A DNA stretch of 64,000 bases, from the IMG/VR virus record IMGVR_UViG_3300011269_000001; one strand, 5' to 3'. The stretch is from a virus. The position numbers and the translations under genes were made by a program. Below the pieces are notes generated by a model. The model was not told where the DNA came from. It saw only the letters and a program-made list of their open reading frames with translations, and did not search any database. Below, in pieces: positions 52,773-62,479 of the stretch (the first letter of the stretch is position 1; each line of letters starts with the position of its first letter).

Positions 52773-53426
52773 ATGCGAGATTCAATACCAGAATCATTTA
52801 CAGAAGCCCCCGGCGTCAAATTTCCTTCAACCGTTGCATGGATGGGCGGCTCGATTTCAACAAGGGAACCAGTATATCTGCCTGGAAGCATACAACCAAT
52901 TTCCTTGACCACGGCCGGCGCGGTTCGGACAAAACAGACAAATGTTACTCCTGTATATGCCCCTAGTCTATTGACGAACTCCACGACAAGTCCCTCAAAT
53001 TTGTTTGTGATTGAATCTGGTCCAACCAAACAGACAATTTTACGGGCAATAATTATCAATTTCTCTGGTACCCAGACAACAGCGGGGATAAGGACTATAT
53101 CTTTTACAAGAACTACGACCGCTTCTGTTGGCGGCGTCTTTGTCCCAAGTAGATACGACAACGGTGACGCAAATTTCTCTGGAATTTTTAGGGCGCTACC
53201 GTCGGTCCTAGGCACATTAGACCAAGGGGTTGGTTTCGATGTTGATTTTTTTGTACCGGCTACTATCACGGCAGCCTTTGCGCCAATAGTTGTTGACTTC
53301 ACTCTCGGGGGCAGCATCAAGGGTCTCGTAATACCCATCGGCACTTCAAATGGAATCTTGGTTCGAGACAGCGGAGCCCCTGGAGCCACAAACCTAAGCC
53401 TGGTGCTGATATTCACAGAAGAATAA
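52773..53426 (+). CDS. Beta-rich putative virion appendage protein
   Basis: Thr/Gly-rich, AT-richer DNA than neighbours, CAATCTT at 52687. Confidence 0.4.
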   Translation: MRDSIPESFTEAPGVKFPSTVAWMGGSISTREPVYLPGSIQPISLTTAGAVRTKQTNVTPVYAPSLLTNSTTSPSNLFVIESGPTKQTILRAIIINFSGTQTTAGIRTISFTRTTTASVGGVFVPSRYDNGDANFSGIFRALPSVLGTLDQGVGFDVDFFVPATITAAFAPIVVDFTLGGSIKGLVIPIGTSNGILVRDSGAPGATNLSLVLIFTEE

Positions 53427-53462
53427 AATCCACACCACTACGAGGGAGCAATCTTCTAGTGT

Positions 53463-54473
53463 ATGGCCCCAGGAAGCACCCCACTCGCGCCCAATCTCAG
53501 TACCACTGAAGTCCAGGGAATCTTTCAGGGTGATATCATCATCCGGAAGGCCCTGACTGCGGCTATTGCTGACATCAGGGCCAATCCCCAGTTGCTGGAT
53601 TATGTCTGGGCAGGTCTTCCCAAGGACTCTCTGTCTTCCAAGGAATACGGACAGCTGGAACTTTCCGAGGCCAAGAAGTGGATTCTGCAACATGAATTCC
53701 CGGTCAAGATGGCCCCGGCCCCGCAAGAAGGTCGGTGGCATTGTCTCACCATCCAACTTGTTGGCAGCCAGGAAATCGAAGCCGAATCTACGCTCTCGGA
53801 CGTCCACTATACCCCCAGCGAGTTGAATGACAGCAGCTGGCCGACGTACGCCGGACCTTTTACTCCGCTTGGCTACAATCCCGCCACGGGAATCATCACC
53901 GCTCCGCCGGGGGTTGTCAATCCATTTGCCCTGACCACGAATATGTTCATCGTGGATAGATTCGGGAAAGCGTTTCCAATCACCACGGTCAACGACGACG
54001 GAACCTTCGGCGTAGCTCCTGGGACTGAGACAGATTTCACCGGCGCCATTATCAAGACAGAGCGCCCGGGATTCATTACCTCCTTGGAGTCTTCGAGCTT
54101 CAGGGAAACGTACCGAATCGGAGTCCATACCGGTTCCGAGCCCGTGTATCTTTTCTGGTTGCACAGTGTCCTGGTCTTCATCCTGCTCCGGTACAAGCAA
54201 GTCTTTCTGGAGGCTCGCGGATTCGAGCGGACGACTATCAGCAGCAGTGACTTTGCCCGGGACCCGAATTTCGAAATATATGAGGGCGTCTACAGTCGGT
54301 ACGTGACCGTGACCGGATATTGTCGCAACTTCTGGCCGAAGTTCACCGACCTCCGCATCAGCACCACGGTTCCTGAAATCATGACCGATGGCGGTAGCAA
54401 GAGCCCGTCGAACGTGAATCCGAATACTGAGCTTTGGTTCATGGACCAAGATGCTCTGACTCCGAAGAAGTAG
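53463..54473 (+). CDS. Putative tail completion/terminator protein
   Basis: Lies in the structural block upstream of the sheath gene; CAATCTT 14 nt before ATG. Confidence 0.5.
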   Translation: MAPGSTPLAPNLSTTEVQGIFQGDIIIRKALTAAIADIRANPQLLDYVWAGLPKDSLSSKEYGQLELSEAKKWILQHEFPVKMAPAPQEGRWHCLTIQLVGSQEIEAESTLSDVHYTPSELNDSSWPTYAGPFTPLGYNPATGIITAPPGVVNPFALTTNMFIVDRFGKAFPITTVNDDGTFGVAPGTETDFTGAIIKTERPGFITSLESSSFRETYRIGVHTGSEPVYLFWLHSVLVFILLRYKQVFLEARGFERTTISSSDFARDPNFEIYEGVYSRYVTVTGYCRNFWPKFTDLRISTTVPEIMTDGGSKSPSNVNPNTELWFMDQDALTPKK

Positions 54474-54489
54474 GCGCAATCTTCTACCC

Positions 54490-57400
54490 ATGGACTCGAT
54501 TGCGCCCCAGCCTCAGACTCAGCCTTTGCTCGGCGGCGGAACCTTCGGAATCATGTCCGCGGAAAAGCCTCTATACCCGAGTCTGGCGCCACACGGTCAC
54601 GAAGCGCTCGGCAAAATATTAAAGCGCCATGGACTTCAATTCCAGGAAACTCACGGTCGCTACCAGGAACCTGAGCGCGCGTATATCATCCACGGCATCC
54701 AACCCGACTTCCTCCGGTACCTGGGCAAGCTTTTCGGCCAGGAGTCTGTAGTCCACAGCCAAGACGGACAGCACCGACTCATTTACACGAACGGTCCCCA
54801 CGAGGGCAAGTATCACCCGCAAGACGTTCAGAATCCGGTGGAGATGTTCCAAGACCACCCGGATGACTATTATACGCACGTCCCCGGCCAAGGGTACGCC
54901 CGCATCAACTTTGATTGGAACCGACTTCATCCCCTGGTCGAGACCGGTGTCCGCAAGGATGAGTACACCATTGAAGAAGCAGTTGCTATCCTCAGAAAGC
55001 ATTTTGCTCATGCGAAGTTTCAGCCTCACCCGCACGCATACAGCTGGCATGACGGTCACACCGACCATCACCTGGAGGTCAATGACCCGCTAGGTAAAGC
55101 CGACCCAGTGCATCCGCACATGAGCCAACCAGAACCTCCTGTGGCTCCGAAGAATTTCGAGAACGAGCAGGCCATGGCCCCGGGCGGCGCGACCTACCAT
55201 CAGTTCGCGGCCCCATACGGTCAGGTGACTCCGGCTCAGCAGACCAATCTCCGACACTACCGATATGAAGGCAAGCTCCCGCAGATTGAAGACCTAGTCA
55301 AGCGCCACGGCTACCAGACCTACTATGCCGGCGGCCGGTACGGGAAACCGGACCTTGCCAGGAAGAATTATAACACCGGGCACCTGATGGTTTATGACCC
55401 GACTCCGGGTAGTGGTGGCGACTTCAAAGACGAAGAGTACAACCGCGGTTGGCGACAGATTCACGAACTCAGTCACGCTCTGACCTATCCCGAATTAAAT
55501 AAAATCTACGGCGAGGGTCGACGCATCGGCAAGCTCGGTACCCACCGAAACCTCCGGGAAGCTCTCCGGGCCGTGCACTGGGAATGGTTGGCGGCTCACA
55601 AGCAGCGAGAACTCAGTAACCAACTCGGGGTCCCGATGAGTGACGAGGACTTCCACCGGGAGCTGAATACGGTCATGCACGATGCCGCGCATCGGGCCGT
55701 GACGGGACAATTCACCGAACCCGGGGGCGAAGGCTTTACACCCCACAGCCACAAGATTCCCTTGGCTACGGCGTTGGACATGGTCCGCGACCACGCTGTC
55801 CGTCTTGGGCTCAAGGGCATGGAAGACACGCTGAAGAAGCCGCTGCTTCGAAGCGAGCAGAACACAATCTTAAAGAGTAACGAGGAGACTGCTGTGGCCG
55901 ATGAGAAAACCTTTAGTCCCGAGGAAGTGAGAAATATTCTTCTCGGCTTCACTCAAGAACGCATCGCAAAGATGGAACAGTCTCTCGTCGACCTCCGACA
56001 GCGAGAACTCAAGAAGGCTGTCCCCCCGCAGAGTAGAACCCCGGGTCAGACCGCTGTCAGTTCCGGCATTGATGATATTCCCCCTGGCGCTCTTGAAGCA
56101 GCCGGCAGAAAGTCCGAGCTGGAGAAAGTGACTCCCCCGGGTCGCGAGGAACAAGTCCGGAAACTGAAGCAAAAGCCCGGTATCGACAATCCCTGGGCGG
56201 TGGCTTGGTCTTCGTACAACAAAGACAAGAAAAAGGCTGAATACTCTTCAGAGGAGTATCACAAAGATGAAGTCAGTGTCAGTGTCAGCGAGTCCTCGGG
56301 CGAGAGCCCTGAGATTCGTGTCCGCACCAAGAAGACTGCTCAGACCGATACTCATACCGGCCAGATGCAGGCTGAGGCTATTTCTCTGGCTGAGAAAGAA
56401 CCCCGGGACAGGAAAGCGTATCTGAAAAGCATTGCTCATTCCGTGAGAACTCACTACGCCACCGGCGCTGGACCTAAGCGTCTGCAGAGCCAACATTCCA
56501 TCACCCCGCGTGAGTTTCATGAGATTCTTTCCGGGACACATACTCAGAAAGCAGAAGCCGGCCCGAGTCCTCATGAGTCCATGGGGGCTGAGACCGGTTC
56601 TGGGACTCTGGCGGCTAGCGAAAAGTCTGTTGGCGAGCCGATGAAGAAAAACATCACCGGACCGGCGAGCCCAATCACCAGCACCGCGGCATCACTGGAA
56701 CCAGGCGGAGCCACGGGGCCATTCCTGGCCATGGCTGAAAAAGGACCGAGCAGCCCAGAAGAGCATAAGCTTCGAATCGCCCGGCAGACCGGCAAGATGC
56801 CCAAGGAGATGGTAGGTGTCATGGGCGGCCCGTCTAAAGAACAAGCCGCACGAACTATTGCTGAGGATAAAGCAAAGCGGGCAAAGGAAGCCAAGAAAAC
56901 TGAACTCCAAGGTTGGAAGGGCCACGACAAGCACAACGAGGTCGACAAAGAAGGTGTCCTGCCCAAAGACGCGGAGCCCAGGCTCTACCAGCGCGATACC
57001 GCAACTGGCAGTGGCGGGAAAATTATCGACAACCGGAAGAATGTCGGCAAGACTGAACCCAAGGCCGAAAAGCCAAACATGCCCAGAGATTACACCGCGG
57101 CAGGCGTTATCAATGCCCGCGGGGCACAAAAAGCCGAACCCCCGATGGCTAAGCCACCGAGTGGTAAAAATCCAGCTACTAACATTTCGGCCAGTAAACC
57201 TGCGGCCCCAAAGGCTGGGGGAATGCCGGCTGGTGGCGGTGGAATAAAGACCGGGGGAATGCGCATGCCCGGGCTTAGAGTCAACACCGGTGGCGTGAAT
57301 ATCGGTGGCCCGATGGCCATGAAGTCCGAAGCGGAAATGAAGAAGTTCATCGGTGGTATGTCCGGTAGTTCAGGCGTCAGTAGTCCTCGTCTCTTTTCTC

Positions 57401-57930
57401 GGCCGAACAAGCCCTTCAGGCAAGGCGTTGGCCCGATGCAACCGACTGCGACCCAACCGGCTCCGGCTCCAGGTGCTGTACAGAAGGGTGATTTCGGTCT
57501 CGACCCAACAGGTCGTCCGGCAACTCTTCCTCCACGTGAGGCTCCGGCACAGAGACCGACTCGTCCTGCTTCTGAATTCAAACTTCCCCCGAAGCAAACA
57601 TATACTACTCCTCCGGCTCTTCAAAGAAAGCCCCCGGTCCAAAAGGCCCTGGCAGCTGGGGCTGGCGGGGGCGCTGCACCCAGCGCTCAAACCGGCATGA
57701 GGCCAGCCGGTCAAGTAAGTCAGAGCAGTCGGCAAATCCTGAAGCATGGTGAGATGCCGGCTCATAAACCAGGAATCTTCGGCCGGATGAAAGACCGTCA
57801 CCTGGCTCAGCCACCTGAGGATTTGAGTCACCTTAACGCACCGCCTCCGGCCAATGCACCACGAATTACAAGTCGTGCCCGGGCTGTCGGAGCAATACCT
57901 GCCGTTCAGAGTCCGGTGAAAGCGCCTTAA
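54490..57930 (+). CDS. 1146-aa putative internal virion polyprotein: DUF3293-like domain, HExxH domain, long K-motif-punctuated low-complexity tail
   Basis: FGIMSAEKP...GRYQEPERAYII...FGQESV; QIHELSHAL; more than 15 x-x-K|[ASTDN] motifs. Confidence 0.65.
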   Translation: MDSIAPQPQTQPLLGGGTFGIMSAEKPLYPSLAPHGHEALGKILKRHGLQFQETHGRYQEPERAYIIHGIQPDFLRYLGKLFGQESVVHSQDGQHRLIYTNGPHEGKYHPQDVQNPVEMFQDHPDDYYTHVPGQGYARINFDWNRLHPLVETGVRKDEYTIEEAVAILRKHFAHAKFQPHPHAYSWHDGHTDHHLEVNDPLGKADPVHPHMSQPEPPVAPKNFENEQAMAPGGATYHQFAAPYGQVTPAQQTNLRHYRYEGKLPQIEDLVKRHGYQTYYAGGRYGKPDLARKNYNTGHLMVYDPTPGSGGDFKDEEYNRGWRQIHELSHALTYPELNKIYGEGRRIGKLGTHRNLREALRAVHWEWLAAHKQRELSNQLGVPMSDEDFHRELNTVMHDAAHRAVTGQFTEPGGEGFTPHSHKIPLATALDMVRDHAVRLGLKGMEDTLKKPLLRSEQNTILKSNEETAVADEKTFSPEEVRNILLGFTQERIAKMEQSLVDLRQRELKKAVPPQSRTPGQTAVSSGIDDIPPGALEAAGRKSELEKVTPPGREEQVRKLKQKPGIDNPWAVAWSSYNKDKKKAEYSSEEYHKDEVSVSVSESSGESPEIRVRTKKTAQTDTHTGQMQAEAISLAEKEPRDRKAYLKSIAHSVRTHYATGAGPKRLQSQHSITPREFHEILSGTHTQKAEAGPSPHESMGAETGSGTLAASEKSVGEPMKKNITGPASPITSTAASLEPGGATGPFLAMAEKGPSSPEEHKLRIARQTGKMPKEMVGVMGGPSKEQAARTIAEDKAKRAKEAKKTELQGWKGHDKHNEVDKEGVLPKDAEPRLYQRDTATGSGGKIIDNRKNVGKTEPKAEKPNMPRDYTAAGVINARGAQKAEPPMAKPPSGKNPATNISASKPAAPKAGGMPAGGGGIKTGGMRMPGLRVNTGGVNIGGPMAMKSEAEMKKFIGGMSGSSGVSSPRLFSRPNKPFRQGVGPMQPTATQPAPAPGAVQKGDFGLDPTGRPATLPPREAPAQRPTRPASEFKLPPKQTYTTPPALQRKPPVQKALAAGAGGGAAPSAQTGMRPAGQVSQSSRQILKHGEMPAHKPGIFGRMKDRHLAQPPEDLSHLNAPPPANAPRITSRARAVGAIPAVQSPVKAP

Positions 57931-57959
57931 TCTTTATCATGCTGGGAGAAATGTAGACC

Positions 57960-60548
57960 ATGGCACAAAGCTTTATTACAGACCAAGGCACCCTGATAAT
58001 CCCAGGCGGTTATCCGTCTATTCGAGTTCAGACCGCGGCCAGTGGTCTTGCGACCTCCGGCGTCATCATGCTCGTCGGCGAAGCTGACCAAGGCCCGGAC
58101 TTTACGCTTGAAACAGACCTGGAGACAACCTCCGCCTTCGGTCCTGACCAGCTGTCCTCAGTGGTGGCGAAGTACAAGAGCGGCAACTTGGTTGATGGAT
58201 TCCGTGCCGCTGCTCAGGCCTCGAACGACCCGCAGATTACCGGTGCTCCGTCCAGAATCATCCTCGTCAAGACGAACCCCAGTACCAAAGCCAGTGCCAC
58301 GGCCCTGACCTGGGGTGCGTTGACTTGGACCCTGGCTGACCGTAGCTTCGGCAAGCTCGGGAACCTCATCAGCTTTACTGTCACCGCGGCTACTTCCGAA
58401 GTTGTTCCCACGACCGGTTCCTTTACCTGGATTCCGAACGCCGGGACTACGGCATACAATGTCCGTATCAACGGCGGTGCTGCACTGACCAGCGGTAACT
58501 TGGCTGCGAATACTTCTCCTGCTGCCTTCGTGGCGGCAATCGGTGGTCTTGCCGGTATCACGGCTATCGGCGGTGCTGACAGAGGCATTCTCGCAGCTGC
58601 TGCCGGAACCCTGGCAGTTGTAGCCAACCCCGGCGGTGCCGGTGTCACGGTTGTCACCGTCACCCGGAGCATCAACTTCGACGTAATCCCGACGGCCGGC
58701 GATACAATGATTATCCCCCTCGGCTCTGTAATCGCCGGGGCCGGTAGCGCAAACGTCGGTGCATACGTTGTCACGGCTGCAACGGCAACGGTCATCACCG
58801 CACAAAAACTCAGTGACGCCGGTGCTGCGGCCCCGGTTCCTGGAACCATTACCAATCCCGTCAACGTGGCTGCGGCTGCTGTCGTGGCTACGACAGATGT
58901 TCAAGCCAAGGCTCCGGTTACGGTCAGCCTCGCGGCTGCAAATCCTGTCGACGGTATCGGCAAGTCTCTGGAAATCAGCGAACTGACGACCGGCACGGAC
59001 CTGCTCAGTCGCAGCACCTTCGCTCTCGGCGTACTGCCTGTGACCTGGGTCAGTAAGGCCCTCAGCCCCCAGAACCTGGTCTCTGCGACCGAATACCGGG
59101 CTACTTATACCGGCAGCCGTCAGGTCGACAACGTCCTTGAGACCTTGACTGCGGGCGGCGAAATTGCCTTGCTGATGAGCTATAAGGGCACGACCGCCAC
59201 TGTCACCATTACTGCCACAACCTTCAGCACCACGGTCACCGGCGGCACCGGTGCCGGCTTCAGTATCAACCTCAGGGATTACCCGACCATCAACGACCTG
59301 GTGAAGTTCATCAACGCCCAGACCGGTTATACGGCAGCAGTCGGTACCGCGGTCCTCGGACAGATTGTCCTCACGACCCCGGGTGCGAACATCGGCCAAG
59401 CTGCTCTGACGGCTCTCGACCAGGGTACCTTCGGCATCTGCTCGACCCAGGGTGTTCAAAACGGCCGCATCAAGATTGACAGCTTCCGGTTCTTCAACGC
59501 CATCAACAACAACAGCGTCCTACTGCAGACCGGCACGGGTCTCTTCCCGACGCAGGCGACTGCCGGCGTTCCTCAGCCCACGGCCCTGACCTTCTTGGCC
59601 GGTGGAGCCAAGGGTGGAACCACGGCCGTGAACTACAACGCGGCAATCGACGCCCTCCAGAAGGCCCGCGGAAACTTCGTCGTCCCCCTCATCAGCCGTG
59701 ACGCGACACTGGATATTGCCGATGGTCTGACGGAAACGACCAGCACCTATACTATCGACGCGGCTAACGCGTATACGAATACTCACTGTCTGACAATGTC
59801 CACGCTGAAACGGCGTCGGAACCGTCAATGCTTCCTCAGCAAGGAAGATACGTTCCTGAACCAGAAGCTCGCGGCGGCAAACATCGCCAGCTTCCGGGCT
59901 GCGATGTGCTTCCAGGACCCGAAGGTCGTGGCAGCCAGCACCGGCAATATCACTCAGTTCCAGCCCTGGATTACGGCCTGCGTTGCAGCCGGCATGCAAG
60001 CCGCTGGATTCCGTCTCGCCATCGTCAACAAACAGTTGAACATCTCCGGACTCGTGAACCGTGCCGGCGACTTCAACGACAAAGACGACACCGCGATGGA
60101 AGACGCTCTGAACAACGGTCTGCTTCCTGCCCGTCGTGCCGTTACCGGTGGATTTACTTGGGTCAGCGACCAGACGACTTACGGTAAGGACAACAACTTC
60201 GTCTTCAATAGCATCCAGGCCGTGTATACGGCTGACGTCATCGCCCTGACCACTGCTCAACAGATGGAAGCCCAGATTGTCGGCCAGTCGGTCGCTGATA
60301 TCAGCGCCCCGATTGCACTGTCTATGCTGGAAGCCATCATGGGGAACTTCCTCCGGCTCAAGCTCATTGCCCCCAGCGATGATGCCCCGAAGGGTTTCAA
60401 GAACGCAGCCGTGGCCATCATCGGCGGCAAGGCTCTCCGTGTGGACGTGGAAATCAAGCTCGCGACGGCAATCTACTTCGTGCCTATCAGCTTCCTGGTC
60501 AGTCCAGTGAATCAATCGGCCGGCTCCAGCAGCGGACCTACGAGATAA
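57960..60548 (+). CDS. Tail sheath protein
   Basis: IIPGGYPS...LVGEADQGP at the N-terminus; LAGGAKG, VSDQTTY...NSIQ and IYFVPISF at the C-terminus; directly before the tube gene. Confidence 0.9.
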   Translation: MAQSFITDQGTLIIPGGYPSIRVQTAASGLATSGVIMLVGEADQGPDFTLETDLETTSAFGPDQLSSVVAKYKSGNLVDGFRAAAQASNDPQITGAPSRIILVKTNPSTKASATALTWGALTWTLADRSFGKLGNLISFTVTAATSEVVPTTGSFTWIPNAGTTAYNVRINGGAALTSGNLAANTSPAAFVAAIGGLAGITAIGGADRGILAAAAGTLAVVANPGGAGVTVVTVTRSINFDVIPTAGDTMIIPLGSVIAGAGSANVGAYVVTAATATVITAQKLSDAGAAAPVPGTITNPVNVAAAAVVATTDVQAKAPVTVSLAAANPVDGIGKSLEISELTTGTDLLSRSTFALGVLPVTWVSKALSPQNLVSATEYRATYTGSRQVDNVLETLTAGGEIALLMSYKGTTATVTITATTFSTTVTGGTGAGFSINLRDYPTINDLVKFINAQTGYTAAVGTAVLGQIVLTTPGANIGQAALTALDQGTFGICSTQGVQNGRIKIDSFRFFNAINNNSVLLQTGTGLFPTQATAGVPQPTALTFLAGGAKGGTTAVNYNAAIDALQKARGNFVVPLISRDATLDIADGLTETTSTYTIDAANAYTNTHCLTMSTLKRRRNRQCFLSKEDTFLNQKLAAANIASFRAAMCFQDPKVVAASTGNITQFQPWITACVAAGMQAAGFRLAIVNKQLNISGLVNRAGDFNDKDDTAMEDALNNGLLPARRAVTGGFTWVSDQTTYGKDNNFVFNSIQAVYTADVIALTTAQQMEAQIVGQSVADISAPIALSMLEAIMGNFLRLKLIAPSDDAPKGFKNAAVAIIGGKALRVDVEIKLATAIYFVPISFLVSPVNQSAGSSSGPTR

Positions 60549-60566
60549 GTGAAGGGGTAAGATAAA

Positions 60567-61040
60567 ATGGCTCCACCGAAAGTCCTACATGGTGCCCGCG
60601 CACAGCTGATGATTGTCGACCCGAATACCGGGGACAGCAAAGTCGTGGGCATCTTCAACAACGTCTCGTACAGTCTCATCTACGACGCGCAGCCAGTTTT
60701 TATCCTCGGTCGCTTCAGCGCCGCGGAAATTGGTTACACGGCGATGGAACCGATTCAAGTCACGGCCACAGGCTGGAGAGTTGTGAATGCCGGCCCGCAT
60801 CGGGTCGCGAAAGTCCCCCGGCTACAAGACCTCATCCGCCACGAGTACTGCGAATTGGCTCTCTTTGACCGCCAGACGAACCAACGCGTGGCCAAGATTC
60901 ACGGCCTCCGACCGACTGGGTATTCAACGACGGTCACGTCCCGTCAGTTGGAAGAGATTACCGTTACATGGATGGGTCTGTTACTTGACGACGAGGACAC
61001 GGACAACGTCGAGGGCACCGGCGCAAGCGACTTACCGTAA
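60567..61040 (+). CDS. Tail tube protein
   Basis: 157-aa beta-rich protein directly after the sheath; PVFILG...EI motif; followed by a terminator. Confidence 0.85.
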   Translation: MAPPKVLHGARAQLMIVDPNTGDSKVVGIFNNVSYSLIYDAQPVFILGRFSAAEIGYTAMEPIQVTATGWRVVNAGPHRVAKVPRLQDLIRHEYCELALFDRQTNQRVAKIHGLRPTGYSTTVTSRQLEEITVTWMGLLLDDEDTDNVEGTGASDLP

Positions 61041-61044
61041 AATT

Positions 61045-61084
61045 AAGAGAAAGGCATTCAAATAGTCTTGAATGCCTTTCTCTT
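61045..61084. terminator. Bidirectional terminator between the tail operon and the RAMP/array locus
   Basis: Perfect 17-bp stem AAGAGAAAGGCATTCAA / TTGAATGCCTTTCTCTT with a 6-nt loop, between convergent units. Confidence 0.85.
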
Positions 61085-61349
61085 TTACCATGCTAAGTCC
61101 GGGCCACGCCGGGCCGCTCCTCACCGAACCCTGCTCCGCCTAGCCTGCTTTGATGTGCTTCGCCTTGCTTTGCCCTACCAAGCCAGGCCGCGCCTTGCCT
61201 TGCCTGCTTTGATTTGCCCTGCTCAGCCTAGCCTAGCTGCTCCTAGCCGGGCCAAGCCTGCTTTGCTAGTCCTTGCCCTGCCTGCTTTGTCATTGCTCTG
61301 CTCGACCACGCCATGCCTTACCCGACCGCGCCACGCCCGGCCTGCTTTG
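61085..61349 (-). repeat. Pentameric (GGY-NN)n array in five units delimited by CAAAGCAGGC; candidate guide-RNA array
   Basis: GCCTGCTTTG (+ strand) at 61143, 61202, 61256, 61280 and 61340, with strict 5-nt periodicity between copies. Confidence 0.9.
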
Positions 61350-61353
61350 AAAA

Positions 61354-61803
61354 CTACTTTTGTGACTTCCGAGACTGCAACGACTTCCGTGCCTTTGCTA
61401 CTTCCTGTCGAATTGCGGCAAGTTCCTTCAGAGTCTTATACTTCTCACCAGCTCGTTCGTATTCCTCCAATGCTTGAGCCAGGAATGCCGCCCGTTTCTG
61501 CGCGTTGCTCAAGACGCTAACAAGTGTGACGTATCCTTCCTTTCCACGGGAGACGATTGGTGATACATAGGTTTGTTCTTCTCTGCCGTCAGGGTAGGTG
61601 ACCCGAACTTCCGTGATGATTTCTCGGGCCTGCCAGAGTCTGTACTCGCGACCGGCAACAGTATCATCCCACTCGAATCTGGAGTGCAGGGCACTGTCAG
61701 GATGACTTTCTGCCCAATCCACGACAACCTCGGGCTTGAGGCCACCATGTTTTTCGTAGAGCTTAGATAGCTCATCTACAATGGCTTGCGATTTCTTGTT
61801 CAT
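61354..61803 (-). CDS. Partner protein of the RAMP gene (helical, unknown function)
   Basis: ATGA overlap with the RAMP stop; LKPEVVVDWAESHPDSALHSRFEWDDTVAGREYRLWQAREII. Confidence 0.75.
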   Translation of the reverse strand: MNKKSQAIVDELSKLYEKHGGLKPEVVVDWAESHPDSALHSRFEWDDTVAGREYRLWQAREIITEVRVTYPDGREEQTYVSPIVSRGKEGYVTLVSVLSNAQKRAAFLAQALEEYERAGEKYKTLKELAAIRQEVAKARKSLQSRKSQK

Positions 61804-62453
61804 TTTGTCTCCTCTGTTTTTGCGATTCTGAAAGTGCCCCAACCCATGCCGGCTGAGTCTGTGGAATCGGGACGGCCGGCGCCGATACCGACCTGCATAC
61901 CCATTCGTGCAAGTAGATTTGTCACGTCGGTCAAAGTGAATTGGTCCGCGTCATAACAAATCTTCGGATTTGCTTCCCAGCCCTCGGTCCACATGGGTCT
62001 TGGTCTGATGTCAGCAACACCCGTCTCATTACGAACGGCGAAGTCTGTGCGGATTGGCTCGCCTTTAGTAATCTTGACCAGGGGTTGAATCCCGAACCGG
62101 TCTCGTTCGTAGCCATCAGGCACCACGAAGATACTGAGCTTGGCGAGAGTCATTTTGAAATTCACTAGCCGACAGGTAGAAATCAGCCCTCCCCGAAATG
62201 CGCTGGCCGGAATTCCTGCCCAGCCTTCTTCAGAGAAGTGGGTTGCTTCTTTGAAGCAAAGGTCGAAATCTTTTGCCTCTCTTTTGCCCTTCTTGGCTGT
62301 ACTGCCTGCCGCTTGAGTTTTGGCCATACCTTCTAGGGCCCGTTGAGAAAACTTGTTCTGAACCATCGGGGCGGTACCGATGATTTTGAACGCTGCGGTT
62401 AACAGATTGGGAGGGGTAATCGCAACGGCTTCGCTCTTGTTTTTGAATGCCAT
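61800..62453 (-). CDS. Stand-alone RAMP / Cas7(Csm3)-like RNA-binding protein
   Basis: N-terminal strand KIIGTAPMV, GIPASAFRGGL (RAMP IPGSSLKG motif), C-terminal G-rich loop GIGAGRP...GMGWGTF; RBS AAGGAG. Confidence 0.75.
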   Translation of the reverse strand: MAFKNKSEAVAITPPNLLTAAFKIIGTAPMVQNKFSQRALEGMAKTQAAGSTAKKGKREAKDFDLCFKEATHFSEEGWAGIPASAFRGGLISTCRLVNFKMTLAKLSIFVVPDGYERDRFGIQPLVKITKGEPIRTDFAVRNETGVADIRPRPMWTEGWEANPKICYDADQFTLTDVTNLLARMGMQVGIGAGRPDSTDSAGMGWGTFRIAKTEETK

Positions 62454-62479
62454 TTCAGTTGGCTCCTTTGATTTTTAGG

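Noticed and set aside
58158-60515. Long antisense ORFs opposite sheath (similar ones oppose MCP and the polyproteins)
   Set aside because: Expected shadows of biased codon use in GC-rich genes; no motifs or RBS
61085-61349. CRISPR array
   Set aside because: The constant part is only 10 nt, the intervening sequences are themselves 5-nt periodic, and no adaptation or interference cas genes are in the window
61068-61520. 150-aa + strand ORF
   Set aside because: Low-complexity translation of the pentamer array; starts inside the terminator and runs antisense to a real gene
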